A stretch of 64,000 nucleotides of DNA from the human T2T-CHM13v2.0 reference genome, Homo sapiens, in NCBI RefSeq assembly GCF_009914755.1, contig NC_060930.1; one strand, written 5' to 3'. The notes below the pieces were generated by a model. That model made no database searches. It was not told the origin of the DNA and was given only the letters and a program-made list of their open reading frames with translations. Below, piece by piece: positions 41,630 to 53,782 of the stretch. The stretch's first letter is position 1; every line of letters starts with the position of its first letter. The position numbers were made by a program, and so were the translations under genes.

Positions 41630-42155
41630 GTATACTTGCTCTGTTCTGGGTATTTTATTAGGCATTGGAGATACAAAAATTTCAAGACGTGTTATGTATC
41701 TCTTTTGCCTGGAGTTGTTGGTCTATGGAAGATATAAATACTAATACTATTAGCATATTAATACTAGTAGTGGGATAAGTGCTGTGACTGGGAAACTACA
41801 GTGTGTAATGGGAAGATCTAGGAATACTTTGCCCAACATTGGAGTGTCAGGGAAGGCTTTCCTGCTGAGTCCTGAAGGACAGATAGGAACCAGCCACGTG
41901 AAGGGGAAAAAGGAGCCGTGCTTGACTGTTCAAGCACAAGTAGCTGCTGTACAAAGGCCTGGAGATAAAAGAAAGCAGAGTGCTTTTGAGGAACTGAAAA
42001 TTTAGTGTAGGGAGGAAACTAGCAAGTGTTGAGGCTTTGGGTAGAGAGCCAGATGCTGCCAGGCCTTGTCTACTATATAAAGGAGCTTGGACTTTTTTTT
42101 ACAAGTACTGTGAAGCCACTGAAAGGTGTAACAGGGCAGTGACATGATCAGATTT
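41630..42155 (-). mobile_element. L2 fragment
   Basis: tcagggaaggctttcctg, gaagccactgaaagg, gtgacatgatcagattt. Confidence 0.6.
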
Positions 42156-42488
42156 ATGTATGTACGTTAACCTTTTCATTGAAAAATAAAAGTAGAATAT
42201 TATATGAATAAATGTGTAGCTGATAAAGTATTTTGACGCAAACACCCTGGTAAGTACAACACAGGTCAAGAAATAGGACTTTGCCAGTCACTCCCTGAAG
42301 CCCCTTCATGGGCCACATCCCAGTCCCAGTTCCCTCCCTTCCCACAAAGACTACCCTGATGCCCCAGTGCCTACAGGCGTCATGTCCTTGTGTTCCCTTA
42401 TAGTTCATCCAAATGTGCATCTCTAGGCATTATCATTTAATCTTGCTCATTTTTTAAATGTCTTTTAAGGCTTCAAAAAAAATCTACA

Positions 42489-42841
<353 letters not shown>

Positions 42842-44699
42842 TCAAGTAGGCCTTTGGTGTTTATCTAAATGAAAACCTAGAATAGGAAATAATTGACAAG
42901 TTCCAGTAATAAATAATTAGCATTCATAAGACTTGACAGTTGTATTTGAGGGCCAAAGGAGACAAAGAATTTTCTTTATGGGATGGTGGGATCTCTCAGT
43001 GGGCTTCTAATACTTGGAGCTATTGAGGAATGCTATAAATAATAAAGGTTTGGATTTGGATATACAGAATTGAAGTGCCTGTGGGCCCAAGAGGAGATAT
43101 CCAATTTATATCTCTCAAGCTTTATTTTTAGCTGCTTCCTGTTTGCCAGTGGTACACTGTAACTTAAGAATGGGTGTGTGTATGTGTGTGTGTGTTGTGC
43201 GTGTGTGTGTCTCAGTCATAAAAAAATATATCCAATATGAAATATGCTTTCAGGTACAATATATATCCTTTCTGTTGATGATAGAAAAATGCAGAAAGTC
43301 CAAAGGAGATCGTATTTAGTTCAAATTATCCTGCTACAATAAATAAATGAAGAATAGCTGGAAGAATGAGAAATCGAGGTGCTGATACAGCACTGCAGCC
43401 ACGTGGGTGTCCTCAAATCACTTTCTGGAGCTGAAGCCAAAGAAACATTGTGCAGGCTGCACTCTGGGAGGAGGGCATCAGCTTGAGTGAGTCGTGCTGC
43501 TGCTTCTCAAGTTGAAAAAGAAAAAAGGTTCCTGATGAAGTGTAGATAGCTATTAGGGCTTGTAACAACTTAGTGAGCAATTTTTAGTTCATATCTGTGA
43601 TTCATTTACAGTGAGTTCAGTATTACAAGAAAAAAATTGGGAAATGAAGAGATAAGAATAAATAAAATCTGTATGTATTGCTAATATTTTATATTAACTT
43701 CAGCATCTTCCCATTCTAAATCATAATTTCTAGAAACCACATGAAGTTTACTATTTTACCTTTTTCCAAGAGCCTGTTGATATGAGAAATATTTTAAAGT
43801 ATTACTGAAACCAGTTTGAATCTTTTGCCTTCTGCTTTTCTACTATAACCTGTAACTTGGTCAGAGAAGTTGGGACAATATGATTACATTCAGCATTTGG
43901 GGTCAACTTTTATTTTCAGTATAGCAGTAACTCTAGATCTAAAACTGGGGAATGTGTTTAATGCCTGGGGCATATTGAAGTTAGCTCACAAGTTTGGCTC
44001 ATAATTTTAATTTATTTATTCTGTTTTTTTGGCAACATAGGAGATAACTATACCCCACAACATTTTTTATGATTCACAAAGAAAAGTTCTAAATTAACTT
44101 TTATCCACTGTACTGCCAAATTACTTTTTAAAGACATATTCTTTGAAACTGTATTCCCAGGACAAAAAATAAATATTATGGGTTCAGGGTGTTGTCACAG
44201 GCATTATTTCATTATTTCTCTTGAATGTAAGTGGCTTCAAAGACAAACAAAATTGTTTTGGAGGTCAAGGGATGTTTTTCTTGTTTTTTTTTTTCCACAC
44301 CATGACAAATTATGCTTTCCTTCCTGAATTGACTGAGCCCATTTAGTGTCTTCATGCCTGCCCCCTTCATACAACACCATCTGCCCTCTACTTTGAACAT
44401 TCTGAACTTCTCTGATCTCCTGGGTTCCTCCTGATGATCTCACAGTGAGAATTTTGTCTTAGTCCTGGCTCCAGACCCTCTGCTGGGAAGTGCCTGGGCA
44501 GCCTGGATTTCAACACAGCTCCTCCCACTGAAGCAGCCCTCCATGCCAGCAGCATGCCTCTGATGGGTGGCTTATTTTGGATCACATTTACCCTCTAAGA
44601 CAGTGGCTTTGAAACTTTTTCACTGTGACCTACAGTAACAAACAACCCAGTACAGACATAACTTTTTTTATTTGTTTCTAGTTTTTAATTTTATTTTTG

Positions 44700-45175
44700 T
44701 TTCTAATTTTATTACACTGTTTATTTTTATTTCAACTTTTAGATTTAGGGGGTACATGTGCAGTTCCATAGTATGTATATTGTGTGATGCTGCAATTTGG
44801 GATTCAATTTATCCTGACACCCAGGTAGTAAGCATAATACTCAATAGGAAGTTTCTCAACCCTTGTTTCCCTCCCTCCCTCCCCCATCTAGTAGTCCCCA
44901 CTGTCTTTTGTTCCTGTATGTCCATGTGTACCCAATGTTTAGCTCCCACTTACTAGTGAGAACATGCGGTATTGTGGTATTTGGTTTTCTGTGTCTGCAT
45001 TACTTTGCTTAGGATAATGGCCTCTAGCTCCATGTTGCTGCGACGGATGTGATTTCATTCTTTTCTATGCCTGCCTAGTATTCCATAATGTATATGTACC
45101 ACATTTTCTTTATCCACCATTGATGGGCACCTAGGTTGATTCTGTGTTTTTGCTGTTGTAAATAGTAGTGCAGTG
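44700..45175 (-). mobile_element. L1 3' end (L1PA/PB-type)
   Basis: gggggtacatgtgcag, agtgagaacatgcggta, gtatatgtaccacattttctttatcc. Confidence 0.85.
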
Positions 45176-46109
45176 GACGCACAAGCTGATGCACACATAA
45201 CTTCAACTTTACATATATAAATATATAAATAAATGTTTCATGAGATAGCCCTTGCATTTAAATTATGCCTTGTCCTCATTTTCTATTTCATTCCGTTAAA
45301 AATATGCTGATTGCAACCCATTATATTCATTTCACAGTATATTTATAGTTTGAAAGCCCTGCCTAGCATTCTGATAAATACAAAATTTTTTCCAGAGAAT
45401 CCCTACCCAATATCCTTTCTTGGACATCTCCACTGTGGAGACCATTCCACTCTTTAAGATGCCCTCTTTATTCTATAATTCTAGTGTTTAGAATGCTTAT
45501 TCTCAAAATGTATTGGGAAGCATCTTTATTTCATTAAGAAACAGTACAGGCCTGTGATTAATGATTATATGTCAGGTTTCCGGGGCTGAATGGAATAAAC
45601 TGTGCAGAGCATTATTTCCTACTGCACCCAGAGTAAAATCAGCCACAGTTCATTCACTGTTTTAAAAAGGCCTCTGGATTTTATGAAGCTCTGCATAATT
45701 TCAGCAAAACCTTTAAAAATCAAATTATCAAAGAAAATTATTCATAAAACATTAAAAGCAGAAATAGTGGGTAAATATATTAACCTTACTCTAAGAGACA
45801 GCAAAATATCATTTCACGTATGCTAGCTCCTCCAGGCCTACCTCACTTTGGATTTGATGTTTTCCCACCATGAGGGCAGCAAAAATTGGTGATTTGACTA
45901 CGGTTTTTCCCATTGTGAAAAAGTGTCCCTCATTATTTTGAAACTTCATTCCTCAAGTAATTCTTTGCCCTTTTGCCTGCCGTGTTCTCAGAATATTAGG
46001 CAAGTGCTCTTTCAAGTAAATGGGAGTAACTGAGTGTTCCGGCAGCGACAGGAAGATGATGGGGAGTGTACGAGGTGGCAGCAATGGCCGGTCAGGTTTT
46101 TTAGTGTCG

Positions 46110-46350
46110 GTGTATTTGTTGCTAGGGCTGCTGTAACAAAATACCATAGACTAGGTGGCTTAAACCAACAGAAATTTATTCTCTCTCAGTTCTGGAAGCT
46201 AGAAGTCTGAAATCAAGATATCAATAGGCTTCATTCCTTCTGGAGGCTCTCTGAAGGAGAGACCATCCTAAGCTGCTCTCCTAGCTTCTGGTGGTTGTAG
46301 GCAATCTTTGGTGTTCTTGGCTTGCAAATGCATCATCTCTCTCTCACTCT
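46110..46350 (-). mobile_element. MLT1 LTR fragment
   Basis: ctagggctgctgtaacaaaatacc...ggcttaaaccaacagaaatttattctctc. Confidence 0.72.
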
Positions 46351-46399
46351 GACACAGATAAGTTATTTCATTACAATATAGATCTGTTTTATTTTATAA

Positions 46400-46746
<347 letters not shown>

Positions 46747-46749
46747 TAA

Positions 46750-47900
46750 CAAGGCAAAAGTTATTGACAACTGAACTATATTGTATACTGTAATGACTTT
46801 TCAATGTGTGTACAACTCTTTGTTTTCTCTTGGATTCATAATAGCTTTTTGTTTTATTTGGTAAGTTTTTTATATGGTTATCTCTAGTGACCAGCCAGAC
46901 TCTCACTCAGTTGTGTAAGTTTTCTATCTATTCAAACAAGACATTCTTAATAAGACATTTTTTAAAAATAATTCATCTTTTTGAAGAAGTAATGCTGCAT
47001 CTTTTTGACATGCTAGGATGTGGATTGCTTGCAGCCAGGTCTGCTGTACAGCCATCTTTGTTCCTTTTTCTCTTGAATTGGATTCCTTGTGCCATGTCTT
47101 CTTTTTGATATACATCCTAATTTAGGTGGAGATATTTTCCACTGGCTTCCAGAGAAAGCATTTATGAGAGGTAAATTTTGAGACCTTGGATGTCTGTATA
47201 TGTTTTTTCTTCCCTCAAGTTTAAAGGGTAGCTTGGCTGGATATGAAATTATAGTCTGGAAATTGTCTCTCTGAGTTTTGGAGTCATTGTTTTATTGTAT
47301 ACTAGTGTCTAGTGTTGCTGTTGAGATGTCTGACCCCACTATTCCTGATGCTTTGAATGAAACCTGATATTCCACTCTGAAGCATTTAGGATCTTTTTTA
47401 TGTTACTAGTGTTTTGAAATTACGGGATGATGTATCTTGTTTTGAGATGAGTCTGTGTACTGTGCACTTCATGGATTCTTTCAATATGGAAACTTATCCC
47501 CTTTAGTTCTAGCAATTTTCCTTGATATATTTGGATCTCCTTTTCTTCCCCCTTTTTTCTTTTTTCTTTCTTTTTTTTTTCCTCTCTTCTTTTTCACATG
47601 TTTAACCTCTTGGGCCAGTCCTCTTTTTTTTTTTTCCTCTGCTGTTTTCTATTTTATTTTCTTACTTTTTTTGCATTTTCAAGGTTTCTTCAACTTTTCT
47701 CCCCAGCCCTTTTATTGCACTTACCTTCCTGCTATTTTGTTTTCCATTTCAAGAGCTTCTTTTGTCTTGAAATTTCTTTCTGCCTGCATGGTTTAATTTC
47801 TCCCAAGCTGCATTAATGACTTTGTTCATTTGGGTCTCTTTTGTCCTATTATGGGATTTCCACAAATCTCTGGTAGTCCTTGACTGCCTAAAAATGCATA
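46750..47900 (-). mobile_element. Old L1M fragments
   Basis: T-rich strand with gttgctgttgagatgtctga and gcttggctggatatgaaatt motifs. Confidence 0.5.
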
Positions 47901-47904
47901 CAAA

Positions 47905-48350
47905 TGCTGTAACAAATTACCACATACTCAGTGGCCTAAAACAGCACAGAGTGATCTTACAGTTTTGTAGAAGTGTAACACAGGGCTAAAATCAAGGTGT
48001 TAGCAGGGCTACATTTTATTCTGGAAGCTCTAGGGCAGAATACTTTTCTTTGCCTTTTTCTAGCTTTTGGAGTTCACATATATTCCTTTGCTTGTAGCTC
48101 CCTGCCTCCACCTTCAAAGCTAGCAACCTTGCATCTCTTTGATTCTTCCTCCATGGTCACATCTCTCTCCGACTACAGCCAAGAAAGGTTCTTTGCTTTT
48201 AAGGACCCGTGTGACTAGATTGGGACCACCTGGGTAATCTAGAATAATCTCCCATCACAAGGTTTTAAATCATATCTACAAAGTCCCTTTGCCCCAGTGG
48301 AAGGTAATGTATGCACAGATTCTTGGGGGACTGTTATTTTGCCTGTCACA
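47905..48350 (-). mobile_element. MLT1 LTR
   Basis: gctgtaacaaattaccac...gggctaaaatcaaggtgttagcagggct...gaataatctccc. Confidence 0.72.
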
Positions 48351-48371
48351 GGTTCTAAACAGCTAATTGCC

Positions 48372-48373
<2 letters not shown>

Positions 48374-48420
<47 letters not shown>
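48374..48420. repeat. (TG)~23 microsatellite
   Basis: Direct reading. Confidence 0.98.
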
Positions 48421-48422
<2 letters not shown>

Positions 48423-49881
48423 CTTTTTGACTGCACTATAAGGTTGATAGTTTGATTAAATCTTTTTCATTGGGAAATACTTGGTGTTCAGAATCTTTAG
48501 ATTTTTATTCTTCATTATAGACTTCTTGTCCTCCGGAGTCATGTTATATTTAAAATAGATGGTATATTTTTGATGTTGTGTGTTATAAAATTTATATTAA
48601 ATTTTTATAAGATAAATAAATGTGTCAACTACATACAGTTATTATAACTGCTCAGTTCTTGCCCAAGCCAACATTTATATATTATATTTTCTTCTCTGAC
48701 AGGACTGGCCACTGTCCATCATCCTGGCTGTTCTTGCATGTTTATTTTTTTTTTTCTTAAAATCATACTGACTACTGACAATTGCTAACTGGCAGTTGTC
48801 TGTATGGCTTCTCACATGATCACTGGATGCTTGCATAGACATTGACTGAGTGATAACATCAAAAAGTTGTCCAGCTGAACTTTTTGAAACATATTTTACA
48901 CATACAGTTGTAAAACATGTTAGGCATTTAAAATATCAAGCTCCTTTTTAAAATGGGTAAATATCATTAAATTATAATTTTCATGAACAATATAGGCAGA
49001 CCTGGTTATTCCCTCCTATTGCCTTTCCAGGTTTTAAAATTTCTCCATTATAATAGATTCTTTAAGAATTTGTCATTAGAATTTGATATGTAAGTGTATT
49101 TTTAACCGTAGTCTTTAAGCTATGCCATTCTACCAAAATAGAGGTCTTGTTCCTAAATTTGAATAATTTTTACTTATCATGTTTCTTCCTCTCACCTTTT
49201 GTAGGTTGAATATTAGGGCAAAGTATACTTACTCAGTTAAAAGGGATTACAATTATAAATGTTGTTTGATTCCATTTAAATAGATTATGTTTGGGTGGCA
49301 TGCTTGGATATTTGGGTAATAACACTTCATGTCATGGAAGTAAACATTGAGATAATGACATGGAAATGCCTTTTCCCATTTAACAGTACTACTCTACATT
49401 TTATTTTAATTAACTTGGTATATTCCGACACTTCGATTCTTTTTATTTACAAATCATCTAGAATACTTTTCATTTGAGTAAAATGTGTTTCTTTTAATGT
49501 CTGCTTTGGCATAATTGACTCCTCAGTATTCTGCTTGAGTGGGGCCAAGTTGACTTAAATTTTATATATTTTAGAATTTAATATTTGGGATATTGAATTC
49601 ACAGCATTAAAATGAAATTAAGTGGTAATGTACTGCTATATTAAATCCAGTGATTTAATTAATATAGAAATATAGATTGTAAGAGGAAATAGTTTTTTAC
49701 ATTTCAGAGCTAATAAGTTATTTTCCCTGAAAAAGTCTTAATATACAATGAGTTCCCATTCTGTCATACCGTTCATCCTTCTAGCAATTGTTTCCAGAAA
49801 GGGCAAGTAGTTTTGTTCCCAAAGTAGATATTGAAAAAGGAAAGCTCATTGTCCATTTCTGTGTACTCTAGCCCTGGCCAG

Positions 49882-50392
49882 TGTCAAAGGTAAACAATAC
49901 CGGACACTAAAGTGGCAAGGATAAGTTTTAATCAGTAGTAAGTATTTCAGTAGGAAAAGAGTTCAGCATAAACTGAACTGAACGTCAATTTGTACAGAGG
50001 TGAATAGGCATTTTAAAGGGAGGAGGGCAAGCAGGGGCTTAGTAGAGCCAGGAAAGAGAAAAATTACAAAGGGTAGTCAATGTACATGTGATTAGGCCAG
50101 CTAATCACACATCTGCTAAGTGGCAATTATCGAGGGTAGAATTCTATCCTCCCACAGAGACTGAAAGACAGAGACCCTATCCTCAAATGTTGACAGGAAC
50201 AAACAAAATTTTTCTGGAAGCCTTGAGTTTCTTAGGCAGACACTTTCAACAGGGAGAGGGTCATCTCAGGGATATGACCTTGAGGTATTGGAAACTTGTT
50301 AGTGTTTACTCTTCATGGAATGAGGTTGAGGCCTAGCCAAGAAGGCACAGAGGAGCCTGGCTAGGGTTTGATCACGAAGAGAGTGTTTGTTA
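49882..50392. mobile_element. Probable ERV solo LTR, family uncertain
   Basis: TG start, ~510 bp of LTR-like sequence (aaactgaactgaac..aatttgtacagaggtga); weak recognition. Confidence 0.45.
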
Positions 50393-52269
50393 CTACCTTA
50401 AGGGGCCCAAGGTTCTGAAGATGCAAACCAGAACCACCATCCCCTGGACCAACTCTACCTTAGAGTAGTACATTAGGTGTGCAGGCTCATCAGGGAGGGA
50501 AAGAGTTGTTCAGGAAATCTACATGATTGGTGTCTCATGTTCCTTGGGTGGGCCCTGAGCAACCACATGAGCACAGAATGGCAGTATCTCTTCTTCTAAT
50601 GTGTGCCCCTTTTCTCAGATCTCATGCCTTGCTCTGTCTTGCTGTCATGAAAATGGCAAGGCTTAGAACCCTTGGACCCTTCTGCCTAGCTTTTGGTAGA
50701 GCCACTGACTCTGGCATGTTCTGGCTCAGTTCTTATTGCAAACTTGGTGACATTCTTTGAAAGCGCCGTTCTTCCCCTCACTAAGAAGGCAAAACCATTC
50801 TAGATTCAGATAATTCAGATAATTCTGGATTCCATTCTCAGCTTCACTGTTTAACTGTGTGGCCCTGAACAAGTAATCTCCTAGCCAAATTGCTTTTTCA
50901 CAACCTATAAAATGGGGATGGAATACCTAATGTTGAGTTGAGAAGATGAAATGACACAATGTACTTAGAGGCTTGGGCACATAACATGTGCTTAATTAAT
51001 ATGAAGTACACTCCCCTCTCCTTTCCCTCCCTGTGCATTTTGCTTCACAATGCCAGTGCTAACCTTTAGCCACCTGATCAAACACTTGGAATATGGACGC
51101 CAAGCCAGGCCAGAGATTAGCTGAACATTCCCCTTGGACTGCTGACTACCCACTCAGAGCCTCCTAGATCAAGTCTCTATCTTTCAGGCTTAATCTGGTC
51201 CTCTTGGCAAATGTCTGCCAAGACCCAATGTGCTTTACAGATGAGGCCTCAGAGGTGAGAAATCCACTTCCCTTTAGCTACATTTATAGGAATTCCATAC
51301 CAAATTTAACATATTACTAACATTTAACATTCATGGTTAGTTTTCACATTTAAAATGGAGGGAAAAAAGATGAATCACTACTGCATTAGTCATGTTTTTA
51401 AAAGGAGTGGTAATACATGACTGTCTTAACTTATTGGAGTTTGTTTCCAAACACACAAAGGTGTTTGGTTGAAAGTTAAATGGTTTTCTATCAAGTTACT
51501 GTGTTCAGGAGACTTTTAGAATGAATAGAATAATTTACATTTTTAAAATAGAGTTGACCTAATTCTGGCCTATTTTAATGGTGTGCCCAAGTGCACGTGG
51601 ACAGAGGTGTGGCATATGTACAGTAGACACAGCTGCAGCAAAGCTGGCAAATGGGAAGCTGGTGGTGCACTACCCTGGTACTTTTAGAGTTTGCAATTTC
51701 TAAGGAGTTCACTGTTGTGTTCTGAATGTAAATTTATAATTTTTGTAAAGCTTGTTTCATTTTAACTTAAATTTGTAGTTCCATAACTATCTACTGTATA
51801 AAATCAGATTTTAAACGCAAATCTTCTACTTTATGAATTTACGAAGTAAATATTTTATAGGTTGGTAAAACTATAGTTATTCTGAAAATGAGAAAAAGAA
51901 GATGGATCATTTTATTGGAGTTATCCTCCTTTGTTGGAAAGGTCTGACAAATCATAAAGTCTCATTTAAATACACTTTAAAAAATATGTAGATTTGCCTA
52001 TACTGTGGATCAAATTGTGATCTTTGGAGCATAGCTACATATGGAAAAGCCTGCTATAAAGTTGTTAGGTTCTGAAAAGTACTAGGAAATAGGATTAATT
52101 ATAAAGGGAATTATGAGTTCTATTGTTTCTAGTATTTGTTTCTTGTATACTGTTGATTAATTTAAATAAGTATGAGTGATCTCTTGGCACATCTTTGTTT
52201 TCAAAGACCTAATTTCTTTTTATTGTAAGTGTTTATTTTAGCAGTATTTGTGTAAATTAAATAGACAGT

Positions 52270-52688
52270 TGCTATGAACTGAATGGGACCCTCCTCAAAA
52301 TTTATATTGAAGCCCTAACCCCTTATGTGGAAGTATTTAGAGAAAAGGGCCTATAGGAGAGAATTAGATTTAGATGGAGGTCCTAAAGGTGGGGCTCTCA
52401 TGATAGGATAAGTGCCCTGATAAGAAGCGGTGCCAGAGAGCTTGTACTCTTGTGCACTCTCTCTCACGCTTGCCTTATCCCCACACCATACATCTAGGAC
52501 AGGCCAGGTGAGCACACAGTAAGATGGCGGCGGCCTTCTAAAAGCCAGGAACAGAGCTCTCACCAAAACCTGACCATGCGGGCACCCTGATGTCAGACCT
52601 TCAGCTTCCAGAACTTGTAAAAAATAAATTTCTGTTGTTTAAGCTACCCAGTCTATGGCATTTTGTTATGGCAGCCTGGGCTAAGACA
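52270..52688 (+). mobile_element. Complete MaLR solo LTR (MLT1A/MSTD-like) with 5-bp TSD
   Basis: TGCTATG...CTAAGACA termini, AATAAA near 52623, TSD acagt at 52265-52269 and 52689-52693. Confidence 0.85.
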
Positions 52689-53457
52689 ACAGTATACAAA
52701 TTTAAATAATATTCTGTGAACCTTGCAATGTTAAATTTTAATCTTTTCACAGGCAGTTATTTTCTATAGACTGTCTATATCAAAACTATATGAAAATTTT
52801 AAAAATAGAAGCATTTAATCACTTGTAGTTCAAATCTATACCAATAAAAATAGATAGCAACATTGTTTTTAGGGTTCCTTTTAATGGTTATTTAATCAAA
52901 TAAACTGTCACCTTTTTAGTGATACAGACTTCTTCGATTGCCAACTATTATACTCCATACATAATATTTTAAAAAGCATTTATGATAATAGAAGCAGTCT
53001 ATCCATTTAAAATTGGTACAAAAATTTGGATTAATGAGACTGCTCAACTTTGGAAAAATAGTTATGGCTCATTCTTCCTTTCAGAATCACAACTTAATTC
53101 ATAGACACAGCACATCATGACCAAACTCTATGCCTTTCCCCACCAACATTCCACCCTTACACTCAGAAAATCAATAGCTCTTTCCTGTGTTCAGATTAAT
53201 TTATTTCATATAAATTCACCTTTGAAAATATTCAAAGCATCAGTTTTTAAACTTTTTGGACTTGGAAGCACTTTGTACTCTTAAAAATTAATGAGGACAT
53301 CAAACAGCTTTGTTTATTTGGGCTGTATCTATCAAAGTTTACCATATTAGAAATTAAAACTGAGAAGTTTGAAACATTTATTTGTTCATTTACTCATATT
53401 TATATATTGTCAAAGCTCATTTCATATTAACATAAACATATTTTAGGAAAAAATAAC

Positions 53458-53505
<48 letters not shown>

Positions 53506-53513
53506 TTTTTTTT
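53458..53513. repeat. (TA)n directly fused to a T26 tract
   Basis: Direct reading. Confidence 0.95.
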
Positions 53514-53782
53514 AGGTACAGGGTCTCACTGTGTCACCCAGCCTGGAGTGCAGTGGTGCAGTCATAGCTCACTGCAGCTTTGAACTTCTGGGCTCCAGCA
53601 ATCTTGCTGCCTCAGCCTCCTAAGCTGGGACTTCAGGTGCATGCCACCAGGCCCAGCTAATTTTTAAAAAATTATTTTGTGTACAGACAGTTTTGCTATG
53701 TGGAACTCCTGGGCTCAGGCAATCCTCCTACCTTGGCCTCCTAAAGCACTAGGATTACAGGCATAAGCCACTGTACCCAGCC
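53488..53782 (-). mobile_element. AluJ SINE nested in Charlie1
   Basis: Reverse Alu, T26 tail, TSD aactatat. Confidence 0.9.
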
